A stretch of DNA of 64,000 nucleotides. Source: Chrysomallon squamiferum (taxonomy: Eukaryota; Animalia; Mollusca). Location: NCBI GenBank assembly GCA_012295275.1, contig CM022671.1, positions 806,001 to 870,000 on the forward strand, read 5' to 3'. A model generated the notes under the pieces. It saw only the letters and a list, made by a program, of their open reading frames with translations. It had not been told where the DNA came from and searched no databases. Of the stretch, positions 41,201 through 54,907 are shown piece by piece (the stretch's first letter is position 1; each line of letters begins with the position of its first letter). The translations under genes were made by a program, and so were the position numbers.

Positions 41201-44200
41201 TCCTCATAAGTTTAAACAGCAGTAACAATTAAATTGATTTATTACCTAGTGTATTGTGTGGAATGTTACTCATTTTCTGTTTTAGTTTACATGAAGCTAT
41301 GCCATGTGTTGTAAAACAGCTACAGTTGTTATGGGGTGGAAAAATGATCCGAATTTTGTTTTCCGTCCTTCTGGAATATGTTGAAACAAACCAAAACAAG
41401 GAGCCAGGTTCACCAAACAGAAGTAAGATTTCTCTCTTCAGAATAATTATAACAGTTAACTGTTGTCAAAAATTCTTTATTTTTCAATTGTTTTGATCTG
41501 TTCTTTGTTTGTTGTGTATGTTTGAACAAGCTGAAAAAAGAAGGAAAGAAAGAGGTAAACCATCTAATCATGTACCAGATATTTTTTCAATTAGGTAATG
41601 ACTAGATCCAAAAAGATAATTAATAGAAAGAACTAATTTTTAATAAAGAAAAACAGCTGTTTATTCATTTGAAGGCAAAATTACAAATTTATTTTATTAG
41701 ATTATTATTTGAATTTGAATTCACCTGTTCATTGTCCATATATTTTAGATATATTTAAAAAGGCATTTGAGAAGAAGCCAACAAATCCAAAGATTAAATT
41801 GGAAAGCTGTGTTGCCACGTCAACCTGTCTGCCATGTGCCTTGTACAGGATGGCGCTTGATACTCTCTCACAGCTGAGAATGGACATCTTAGGAGGTATT
41901 TGTTACTGTACAGCATCATTCTTTCTAAAACTAGCAGTCATCTGGTATGAAGTAATTGGCTTTTGATTTGTTTTAATGTATAATGATTTGAAAAGACTTT
42001 TATTTGTTCTTTTATATATTAATTTTATTTATTAGAATTAAATATAAATCTTTATTGCATTCTTTGCTTTAAATATAAAATTATAATTACATTATAGTTT
42101 GGTGAAGAAAACATGTATGTAAACAGGAACATATAATTAAAGCTGATAAATAGATTTAAAACATATTAAGACTGTTTGTTCAAATGTACAGAAAGAATTG
42201 AATTTAATAAGCTTAGAATATTTTGTTTTCAGGACTTAGCTACAACGATATTCTGTTGCCAATTCTGTGGAGATTTTTGTCTGACATGGGACCAAACTGT
42301 GGTTTGAAGACATTCCTTGACTTGCTTGGCCAGGCACCTAACTCCACCATCCATCCAGTGTTCAGTCTGTTAACTCTGTTCTGTGAGACAGCCAGCCATC
42401 TTATCACGTACGTCTGTTCATACAAACATCAACTCTTTGTTTGTTTGTATTAATAATGTTGTTAACTCTGTTCTGTGAGACAGCCAGCCATCTTATCACA
42501 TATGTCTGTTCATACAAACACCAACTCTTTGTTTGTTTGTATTAATAATGTTGTTAACTCTGTTCTGTGAGACAGCCAGCCATCTTATCACGTATGTCTG
42601 TTCATACAAACATCAACTCTTTGTTTGTTTGTATTAATAATGTTGTTAACTCTGTTCTGTGAGACAGCCAGCCATCTTATCACGTACATCTGTTCATACA
42701 AACATCAACTCTTTGTTTGTTTGTATTAATAATGTTGTTAACTCTGTTCTGTGAGACAGCCAGCCATCTTATCACGTACGTCTGTTCATACAAACATCAA
42801 CTCTTTGTTTGTTTGTATTAATAATGTTGTTAACTCTGTTCTGTGAGACAGCCAGCCATCTTATCACGTATGTCTGTTCATACAAACATCAACTCTTTGT
42901 TTGTATTAGTAATGAAAATTGAAATATGGACATTTGTTTAATTATGATGTTTTGCCCATGATGTTAATCATTGGACGTGCTTTTTATGTTTTTTGTTTTA
43001 TGATTATTGATCAGTCTTTAATAATTTCAATTTTCCACAATTTGTTTCCAAAGTAACAGAATGTGAGTAACTGTGTTTTTCCACAGAAGACATGCTCACC
43101 AGCAATAGTGATAGGGTGATGAAAAATTAGCTTTAAAAAAACAATTGTCCTTAATTCTCAGCCTTAACAAGTAAGTGAGAAATAACTGAGTGAAACAAAC
43201 ACTTGAAATACAGAATATCACTTTCCTTGTTAATCAGGATCAAAATAAGATTAATTAATTTAAAAAGTTGTTCCTTTTATTTCCATCAGAAATTTATACT
43301 TCATTAGTAATTAAAACATAAAGAGATTAAGTAGAATTTTTAGTGGTTTTTAAAACAGTTTGATGTTTTGTACAGGACACTAGATGACATGGAGATGTAT
43401 GAACAACAGCGAGTGTTTAAACTGCAGGATTACACCAAGATGAGTGATTTTCTTAATCTCTTTGTATTCAGAGTCATCTGGAATGGCTTGATGGGTGAGT
43501 TTTTCCATTGTCTTTAAAATACAACTAATACAATTTGCATTTGTTACCAGTCCAGTCCCTAAAAAATGTCATTAGATTGTGGTATTTTTTTCTTTTTCAA
43601 TTTATTTTCAGTTTTTTAATAGTAAGAACACAAATTATTTTTATTACAATAATTTATAATATGTATTTATCTGCTATTTAAAAATAGAGTTATGTAATTG
43701 TTTCTGCCAAATTACAAATAAAACACTGTTTTGAACTGAGAAATCTGTTGGTTTCAGATGTGCAGACTGCAGGTACAAGTGATGTATTCAACTCAGCATG
43801 GACGTTGTTGATGTTGTTATATGAGAGAGATTCCAGAAGACAGTTCACATCCAAAAACCACTGGCTTATTAAGTAAAACTTCATAAGTCTTTAAATATGA
43901 CATTTTATTTTATTTCTGTGATAGGTAGACAGTAAAACTGAAAAAGAAACAAAATGCCAAATCTTTTAAAATAGTAATTAAGAAAAAGATGGTGTCATAG
44001 AAAACTTTCAGTTTCCAATAAATATGTTTTGTCTTGTATTTAAAACTTTTAAAACTCGTTTAATGTAGGAAATAAAAATATTTTTAGGAACCATTAAAAC
44101 ACAGCAGAAGTGAAGTGATACTACTTTTGATGACTAAATGGTGTTAATGTTTTAAAAGGTTGTTTTTATAAGTTTTACTAAAAATTTATTTAATTACTGC

Positions 44201-47200
44201 AGAGATGTGAAAGCGAGTCAGTTTGTAGGAGAACTGGAGAAAGGAAGGAAGACGACAGTGTTTCTCATGCAGCAGGTTCCACACATCATCCCCTTCCACG
44301 AAGTAAGTACTTCTCTTTTTATTGTCTAAACTTCTCATATATTTTATATATACTTCTCAAAATGTTAATTATATCTCAGAGCTTCAGTTTTTCATTTGAA
44401 TATGTGTTTTCCAATTAAACTTAGTATTATAGGTTCCTTTGTATGCAATATCCTAATTAACAGATGTAACAGCTAGTTATATATCTTTTGCACTGACATT
44501 CAATAAAATAAAAACTCATGGAATGTGTTTTTCTTATTACTTAATATAATCTAAATATTTGCAGTTGTGAACTTTTAAATAAATATCAAACACTTGCTAC
44601 TTTTTAGAATGTCCATAATTCTTCATTATTGCATTTAAAACATCACCACTTTCACTGTGCCTGTTCTGTTTTTCAGAGGGTGGTTCTGTTCAGGAAATAC
44701 GTGGCCAAGGAGAGAGAATCTCTTGGTTTGACAGAGTCATCCTGCACATCTCCTCAGTCTACACTCATCTCTATACACAGAAGCAGAATAGTTGAGGTAT
44801 TTGTTGTCTGTGTGTGGGTGAAATGAACAGATATTTAGTTTATGGTGAAAGAGGATTACATATTGATACAATCCTTCTGGTAATGGAGAATTCTTTAATG
44901 AAAAGCCAGGAACTATCACATTGTCTGTGTGCATAGTAATACAGAAAGTAAAAAGAATAAAGTATCCATTTTAGTCTTGTATTGATACATTATTTTTTTA
45001 TTGGTATGTAAAGTCAGGAAACTTGAATATGGACATCCAGTGGTATTACAGTTTATAGTATTTTTAATGGCAGTGTTAGTATTTTTAATGTTTGTTATAT
45101 GTAATTTACAAATATTTTACTGTAGGATGGTTACAGGCAGCTTGCTCAACTTCCACCTCGAGCTATGAAAGGAGTAATTCGAGTGAAGTTTATTAATGAA
45201 CAGGTGAGTAAGAAATATTTGTATTTCTTTAATATAACAGTAATGCTTTGAATATCCTTCTGAAGCTTCAACTAGGACTGTAACTGTATGTTCTTACTTG
45301 GCTCATGTAGTTACACAAGCTGTCTATATATATATATATATATGCTCAATTCAGTTGTTGTAATTTTGCAACTTATAGTATACACATGTGAATAAACTGT
45401 AATGTATTTTTTTCATTACACTCTGTATTGTTTTATAAAGGGTTTGGATGAAGCTGGAATTGATCAAGATGGTGTGTTTAAGGAATTCCTTGAGGAAACT
45501 ATAGCTCGAGTTTTTGATCCTGCACTCAGCTTGTTTAAAGTTAGTAGAACATTAAATGTTCACATACTATAGTAATCCAATTTTGATGTAAATATTTAGA
45601 TGCATGAAATTTAACTGTGTTTTAACAAGAATTTGAAACCTGTAATAACAATCAGCAATAACTGAAACAATAGCAATATCAATACCAGTTTTTCCACCAG
45701 TGCAGTAATAATAAAAATAAAAATAAATTAATCTAATGTCTTTATTTTGTTATTGACATCAAAACTTGTAAGAATAATGTCTGGACTATTTATATTTTAG
45801 TGGAATTATAATTTGTAAGTTTGATAAAGCTTTTCAGACACTGAACTTTTTTTTAGGTCACAAGTGAACAAAAGTTGTATCCTTCCTCCACATCATATGT
45901 ACAGGAAAACCATCTCACACTGTTTGAATTTGTTGGCAAAGTTCTCGCTAAAGCTTTGTACGAGGTAAATATTAAAAGTCTCTTTGTTTTTTGTCTCTCT
46001 CAAAATCTCACATTTTTTCACATTTTGACAGACACTCATTTATAAAAAGAACAACACGTTTATGAACCTAATGTTTGTTTGGTAAATATTTGCACAAAAT
46101 ACCTAATACAGTACAAACTCAGTGTAGTGTGTAGGATGATCTCACATTCTGGAGATATTTAAGATGATTTATTTGAGTAATTCTGGTTTTCAGAGCATCG
46201 TTGTAGACATTCCATTTGCACCATTCTTCCTGACCCAGATCCTAGGTCACCAGCAGAGTTCTACATACAGTTCCTTAGATGAACTCCCATCACTGGATCC
46301 AGAACTGGCAAAAAGTCTCACATACATCAAGGTATACCATTGTTACATACCATTTACATATATTTTATCTTTGCAGTAATAAATAAAATTATCATTTGAA
46401 AGGAGATGTGGATATTCTTAGTATGTTTTGTTTGTTTTTCTTTTTCAAATGTCAAATGTTATTGTTAAATTTTATCCACATAGTGTATCAGTAATCAGTT
46501 CTTCCTTCAACTAATCACTGTTTTATCAGATTTTAAATTATTCTTTGTTTTATAAAAGGCTATTTAGAGATTTACAACTTTCAGGAAATAATGCATTTTA
46601 TAAACATTTTGTATTTAGTTCTGTTGATTTGCAAAGTATAGAGTGAAACAAAAATCTGAATTAAGATAGCAGAGATCATCAAAACAAGTGATGGAGATTT
46701 TTTGTTTGTAGAAATCCTTTTTTTTTTTTTTTTTTAAAAATACCAACGACTTGAATGTGTTTGAGATATGTGGAAAAAATTTACTGAAAAACCTAAAGAT
46801 ATGTTAAAAAAAGGAGAAACAAGCAAAATGTTTGGAAATGTGGGCGTGAAAGCAAGAAGTGTGAAGAAAGCACTGTGATGTCTTTAACACAGAGTACGCC
46901 AGCTGTAGCTAGAAAAAAACTGTTGAAAGTCAGGAATTTTTTTCTTACAAAAACAAATCTCAACTACTTTACTGCCACAATGAATGGACCTATTGTGTTA
47001 AAGGATGAATTATGTGCATCACTTTTTTAATTTATCCAAAAAATAATTGTAAATATTTGTCACTGAAATTGTTTCTGGATACCTCTGACAGAAATAGTTT
47101 CACCTCTGTTTGGCTCATTGATCAGCTGTTGTTTGTTATAAATAAAATTTCAGCATTACGAAGGTGACATCAGTGAACTGGACCTGACTTTCTCCTGTGA

Positions 47201-49119
47201 TGAGGACTGCATGGGCAGACTGGAGACTCATGAGCTGGTACCTGGAGGAAAGGCTATAGCTGTGACCAACGAAAATGCGTAAGATTCTTTCTAAATAATT
47301 TGTCCAGTTCACCAAGCAAAAACAACACTTGTGTATAATAAGGAAAAACATAAAAAGATAAAATAAATAAATAAAAATAATAATTATAAAAATATTTTTG
47401 AAAAGAAATGTAAAAACATCTGTAAAATATTTTAATTTTTATTTTCAGAATCAGATACGTACACCTGATGGCACATTTTCGAATGTATCGACAGATTAAA
47501 GATCAGACTCAAGCATTCATCCGAGGGTTCAAGTCAGTCATTAATCCAGACTGGCTTCACATGTTCAGTGCACCTGAGTTCCAGAAATTAATATCTGGGG
47601 ATAACACAGATCTCGATATTGAAGACTTGAGGTTGGACATTTATAAATAAATAAATCAGATAGTGTTCTGATTAACATACAGTTCTATCTGTAATTTCTA
47701 ATGGGAAAGATAAGAGGAAATAAGGAATTGTTAAAAATAATTTATTAAATTTGTCTTCTCATAAATCCACTTTCAAACGGCAGTTAATTAATCAATTATT
47801 TGGTAATGAAAATATTGTGATGCAGAGTAATATGTCAAACATCCATGCTGTTGTTTTGTTTATTGTGAATTTGAAAATAAACGTGCAAAACTAGATTAAT
47901 TAAGATATGGAATACAAAGAAGAGTGGGTTATTTTGAAAGAAAATTTGAATATGAGGACATCCATTTTTGTCTTTATAAGAATCACTTGGTGATCCATTA
48001 TGCATTTGTTTTTATTTGTGGCTACAGGCGACATACTCAGTATTATGGAGGTTATCACAACAACCATAAAGTGATCAACTGGTTGTGGGAAATATTAGAA
48101 AAAGATTTCACTGCAATGGAAAGAAGTTTGTTTTTGAAGGTATTCTGAAGTTCTAACATGTTTTTATTTATTGCTTTGATAATGTGAAGTGGCTCACTGA
48201 AAAACATTGGAGTCGATTAAAACATACATACATATGTATGTACACACACACACACACACACACTCACTGATTTATTTATTTATATTTACAGTTGTTATAT
48301 TTTTCTGTTATATAAATGTTATTAGGTATAGTTTTTAATTGTAATATTTGTTAATTTATTGATACAGTTGTTTTTTAATGTGTTTTGTTTTCAGTTTGTT
48401 ACCAGTTGCTCCAAACCTCCTCTTCTAGGCTTTTCCAACATGGAGCCTCCATTTTCCATACGTTGTGTCGAAGTCAGTGATGATCAGGTTTGTGTTTCTT
48501 TTAAAAATCAACTAAAATTATTTTAATTCTTCCACTTCTTTACCATTTTTTATTTGTTTGGGGTATAAACTGAAATATGTATTATTTTTTTAATTTTAAC
48601 TATTTTTTCTAAAATTAATTTATAATATATTATGGATATTGCTTTAATCATTCACTGTAATATCAGAATAAATTCATGATGGATATTGATTAGATACAGG
48701 GAATAATTTAAAGGAAACAGTTGAATTAAGTGAAATATACTGAATTCATGTTAATATTTTATTTTAATTCTAAACTCTCTGATAATGTGCATGTTGACTT
48801 TATGACTCACTGAGACTAGTGCATTAAGTTCAGAGGTAGACATTTTAACCTTTCTGTGACTGAATACTACATATGTAAATCAGCTAGTTACTCATGACGT
48901 GTGTTGTGTTTGTACTGAATTACTCAGGACACTGGTGACACTGTGGGCAGTGTACTGAAAGGTTTTTTCAACATCAAGAAGAAAGATGCTGGAGGAAGAC
49001 TGCCAACATCATCCACATGTTTCAACCTCCTCAAACTTCCAAACTATTCCAAAAAGAGTATTCTCAGAGACAAACTGCGATACGCCATTCATTCCCACTC
49101 AGGCTTCGAAATATCTTAA
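35267..49119 (+). CDS. UBE3B: HECT E3 ubiquitin ligase UBE3B, ~25-30 exons
   Basis: N-terminal [12 protein letters not shown] plus IQ motif (AAIKIQ|ALVRSFLSR). HECT motifs [81 protein letters not shown]. Confidence 0.95.
39854..40066. repeat. Three 67-71 bp tandem units ending at a UBE3B acceptor
   Basis: Units start at 39854, 39921, 39992 (tgtacacatgcaggcatgtacacagacacacacacagact.ttgcagta.atacaagt.tttttaa). Exon begins at 40067. Confidence 0.92.
42368..42913. repeat. ~6 x 92-bp tandem array copying the last 40 nt of a UBE3B exon plus its donor
   Basis: Units start at 42368, 42460, 42552, 42644, 42736, 42828. Native donor at 42408. Confidence 0.95.
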
Positions 49120-51743
49120 CACTGTCACACTGGACTGTGTGTTATCCTCGACAAACACTTCTGAATATTTGGTCCCTCTGAAAACAATTATTGGTATGTT
49201 GTTCACGGACAAAAAAAAAAAAAAAACATATTGAAAGTTGTGGATATGTTGTTCTCCACAAAAACAATATTTTATATATTGCTGTGATCTCGATTTACAA
49301 TAACATGTAAATGTTATCAGAATTTTGTTTTGATTATTTTATTATGGATGGATGTATTCAGTTTTTCATTGTGCTGTTAACCTTTTTTTTTTTATCTCAT
49401 TGGATTCATTGTTTACATAGTATCTTGAAAGTTAATTATTAAACTTCATCGAAAAAAAGAATTTTACAGCAAAGTTAAATTGAAAAAGCTTGTTTATAGC
49501 TTGTTTTTATATCAGTTGCATTTCATTGAATCTTTAATTACTTTTTGAAGTATATTATTTTATGTACAGGTTCAGATATTGTCCAATGTGAAATATTTTT
49601 TTATTCAATATTACTGCATCCAGCAATCAAATTTTAAATTTAATGATATCATTATTTATTTGAAATGATATTAGAATTTACATCTTGTCAAGTGTACAAA
49701 TACTTTGAAATGATTTAAAAATACTTGAGGCCTTAAAATTACAGAAAAAATAAAATAGATTCTGTATTCATTAGCACGAGTCCATGAATTATTGAATTTG
49801 TTAATGATAGCCTAGGTTTTCACTAACTGCCTGGACGTGTTAACAGGTAATGATGTGTTTCCACTTGCATCTGGTTTTGGTATGGTTTAGCTGTCATCAG
49901 GGTTACAACTAAAATAATCTAATATTATTCGAACATCAGGCTTTAAGAACTTGCTCAAGATGTTTTTTGGTAGGTTTTATACCTTGGACTATTAACGTCG
50001 GAAAATAAAAATAATACAAAATGTGTGTGTAAGTGTGTGTGTGTTTTTTTTTTATATCTGTATCTATATAAGATTATTTATTTGTGTAAATCATGGGTTC
50101 TGTTCTTTGTTGAACACATGTTCAAATCTAGTATGGAAATTGCCTAGTCAGCATCAGTATTAATGTTTTATCATTTTGGTTTGAAATATTAAATATTTAA
50201 ATTAGATTTTAATAGTTTTTATTGTTTAGAAATTATTCTTAATTTTAAAAAATTGGTTTTAATTATTTAAAATTTGTTTAAACTGTTAAGAGAAAGTTAC
50301 AAATCATTATTTTTAAAAATTTGTATATGTAATAGAAATAAAATAATTTAGTGCAATAATGTAAATAAAACATTCAGCAGAAAAAAATATAATAAGAAAA
50401 CGAATACTGTAAATAACAATACTTATAAAAGCATTTTAGTGCTTTTAACATGTACATGGTTAGTTCATAGCAATACAAGATAATGGCAAATAATTGTAAT
50501 TATGTGTACATCCAAAGTATAATATATTTTATGTTAATACTATTTGCTGTGAGTTGCTGGCAACTTATGAAATGTGTAATCTCATGTTTTTACCAAATAA
50601 AGTACCAAATTTCCTTTTTTCTTCATTCTTTTTCTGTTTAGAACAGAAGACATCTGTGGGCCACTGTTATCATACTTATATACACACCTACATACACACC
50701 TATATACACCTAAATACACACCTACAAAGTAAGAGTTCTAAGAATAAACATGAGCAGCCAACTATAAGTTAATATAATAGGATTTATGTTTCCTGTTTTT
50801 GAAGTATGTTCGACTAATAAGGATTCCATAATTCCCTTTTCCTTTATAAAGTTTTGTACACAAAGATAGATACAAAGCAAAAATTATTTCCAAGTCCACA
50901 ATGAAGTAATATTCAACAAAATAATGTTCAGATATAAATTTTATATATTTTTAAAAACAATTAAAAATGATTTCACTAATACAAGATCACACAAAAATTA
51001 CATTCATGTAAGTAACACTGTAAAGTGTTAAGAAATATATATAAATGTACAAACAACAACAGTTTAATTACAGGTGATTTCTGACTGACAGCTGATACTA
51101 AATCAATCTGTACACATGTTTTTCATCACAACCCTTTTTACAAATAAGAAAAAAGTAGTAATGTTATGTCTTTATTACAAATTCTCTGTCATTTTCTAGT
51201 CAGCTTCCAAAACAACCAAAGTCAATCACTGAATGTTCAACTATTACAAATACACTTTTAATCAAAAGTTACCTGCACTCTAAAAAATAAATGTATATGA
51301 AAAAAGGTTATAGAATGAAAATGGACAAATTGCACATTACTAAATAGTTCTGATAACTGCCTTAAGTATGTAATACATGCAAACATAATGTTAGAAAATG
51401 TTTATCAGAAATGGCTTAGTTTTAAATAGTTGAATAAAATACTATTTGTTGTTTCTTGAAAATCAGCAATGTATACTTAGAGAAATAGGCTTACAAGAGG
51501 AATTGCCAATAATTACCACGTTCATGTTTCAAATTGGTTCATCAATTTTATCCACATTTTTGAACTAAGGCCATTAAACATTTTGACTTTTTCCAAATGT
51601 AATATTTTATTGGTGGACTAGACAATGTGGACTCTTTCATTATGCATGATGATTAGAAGAGGCTATTATTAATATTTCTGGTATCACCATTCTTTTAACA
51701 AGTACTTTCAATGAAATATAAATGAAAAGTCTAGTCACCAGTA

Positions 51744-54700
51744 TCACAAAGCAGTTTTATTGGACCAGTCATTAAAGCTGTCATCAGAATGTTTACTTCC
51801 TTCTTTCTTTTCTTCCAGAAGCTGTCCTCCTCCTTCCTTTCTGCTTAGTCTGTCTTTACAAGAAAAACCTTTTGCCTCTTTATCAAACTTTAGAATCATA
51901 ATCCCCAGTTCACCATCGAATCGATTCTTTGCTATCTGGATGGAATCAAACAATATTTAAATAACACAATCAAAATAATTATAAAGTTTTGTATCCTAAA
52001 AGCATGTAAGACTAAGAAAACAAAATAATCAGTTCCTACACTACTGTTTTCATTCATTAATTATCATCAAGACAAAAACTTTCTGCAGTTTTACCTGTAA
52101 ATATTTATTTCCTCTTAAAGACTGGAGGCGTTTGTCCTGCAGTATAAGAACATTGTCTGCTTCCTGTGTGGCTTTAGCACTACCAAATATAGAAGCTATT
52201 GTCAAATCATCTGCCTCCTTTTCCTAATAATAAATAAATATTAAAATGAAAGAGAAACCAAAGAAATTAAACATGATGGAAATTTACATAAAAATATTTT
52301 TAGTGTTACATCTACAATTTAATAGAATTTGTTTTCTTCTTATTTTTTTATTTTTTTTTTTATTAAAACAAACCTTGATGTATAATATTAATATTTTTTA
52401 TGAAGTTAAGACAGCTCTTTTTTAAGTTAAAAATAAACTCATGAGAAGATGGCTGAAATGGTAAATGCCAAACAAAAAGAAAAAAAGAATTAAAAAGAAG
52501 AAATTATCAGAATGAAAGTAATTTTGTAAGAAAACACAAACACAAATAAAACATACACAGATATTTAAATGAATGCCAGTTACTAACTTTTCTTGGATGA
52601 ATAACAAGAGTGACATGACAGTTCATCTTTGTCGCAAACTTGCGGAAAGCTGAAATAATCATGTCTTGTTTCGTGAACTTGTCCTGCCACTCGTCAGTGC
52701 CCATCATGAACTGAAGATTATCAACAACCACGTGAACTATGTCGTGCACATACACAGCATGGGACATTGTCTGAAAAATCAACCCTAAAAATAAACTTAG
52801 AGAAACTCCAACATACACTTCAAAATATTTATCAAACACTGTTCATCATCTTTAAAGTACATCATCAAATAAGTTTTTAAATTTTGTCCTATTCTTTTTC
52901 CATAACAGGAATTTTTTTTTTTAGTATCAAAAGATGACCTAATTAAAAAAAAAAAAAAACAGAACAAGAAATATTCTTCAAACCATCTACAAAAAATGGG
53001 GAAGGAATAAAAAAAAAAATTTAGATTTATTTTTCACCTCAACAACATTCTTTATGTTTTCTTGGCCATGAAAGGTCATGAAGTACATTGGAAGTTCTTC
53101 AAACAAGTTGGCCCATTTGTCAAATTCACCCAAATGCTTGGACAAATCTGATCTAGAAACAGAAAAACTAATTTTATAAATTTTATTTTTTAATCATGTG
53201 TTGTTGTTTTTTCAAAATACTTTATCATATTTCATTAAGATATTAAAATAGTTATGATACAGTAGAGGTTTGCTTTATTTATTATAATAAAAATGAGAAA
53301 AAGCCCAGTATTGAAATTCACCGTCTGAATGGTAATTAGTTCCATAATATAAACTGTTTAATAAAAATTAATTTCACTTCAAATGTTTCATAAAACATAC
53401 AAATACAATTAAAAAGAACAAACCTAGCAAACTGTGTAAGCATCATCTTCCCTAGTCTGACATTGTTGATTTCAAAACTACCCCATAGTGTGTTCACCTG
53501 CAAAACAAACACAAAAACAAATATAATTCTAGAAATTAATACAACTAACAGATATAAATTATAAGTAAATTTATTTCCTTAAAATGTCTAAAATCCAAAA
53601 AAATGTATTATCTTTATCTTCAACATTGTGATAATATTATAACCATATTTCACAAATAAATTAAGATTGTAAAACTATTATCCTCTGATAAAAGTGCTGA
53701 AGGACAGTTACCCCTTGCATACAGAGGTCCAGTGAATAGTCGCTGATGAAAGTTGTTTTTCCTGATCCAGTTGGTCCTGTGAATACAGTCAGTTCACCCC
53801 TGCGATGTCCTTTCAGTATACGATTTAAGACTGGGAATCTCTTCCACTTAAAAAGAAATAAAACTGTGAAAAAGTCTACATTTTTCTTTCCATTACAGGG
53901 GCAAAACTAAAATTAAAAACATAAAATCAATCCGAAGGTTAAAATAGAAAGATGATCTGAACACATTTTATCATGTCATCCCTAGTGACATAGCTAGATA
54001 CACACAGATGAATCTTATTTAGAAAATGAAATACTTTTTAGAACAAAACTCTTGAAATAATTAAATCAAATAAAACATCTTAAAATTAAAGTAAGTAGTT
54101 GACAACTTTCAAATGAATAGTTCATAAAGATCTTTTGTATAGGTTGAAGTTTGTAAATTACCAAAAATTCAAAATAAATTTTAATTTTGAAATTACAGCT
54201 CAGCCCCCCCCCAATAAAATTGCACACTAACCTTGACCCCGGCAACCTGTTCCACATGAGCAAGCTCTGAGAAAATCTCCTGTCTCAGCTGAGAAAAAGA
54301 CACTATGGACTTGTGTCCAATTGGTTTTGCTTTGTCTAGAATGGTTCTCAGCTTTTGACCTTGACACAAAGCTTTGTAAGGACTTGGATCATCTGAACTG
54401 GGTCTGTAGAAAGATTCACAGCCAAACATTAGTCACCAACATGTTAACAAAAAACAAAACAAAATCTATTTTGTTTATTTTAAATATCATTTGAAAATGT
54501 TTCTGATAATTTCACCTTAAGAAAATGTTTAAAATTTCAAAACCAAGGAAACAAAACTAATACTCAGGTTTTTTTCCCCCATTTTTGTAAAGGTACTCTT
54601 TGATTCATCAATAAATTAAAATCATCATACATTTCTGTAAACTGTTACTGATATAAAGAGATTACCGTATGACATAACAGCGTTTGTTTCCCAGTTTCTT

Positions 54701-54868
54701 AGCAAACTGTTTAGCAGCCTCCCATGCTCTGATGTCATCACCAAACCACAGCATGATTTTCTTAAACTGCTCCAGGCAAGGTAGCAACTAGCAAACAAAA
54801 TAATTATGCTTTGTTTAAAAATCTGAAAAACTCCAAATATTTTACTTTTTACTTAACACAGAAAAAAA

Positions 54869-54907
<39 letters not shown>

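Noticed and set aside
42368-42913. CRISPR-like regular array
   Set aside because: No unique spacers, no cas genes, and eukaryotic intron context
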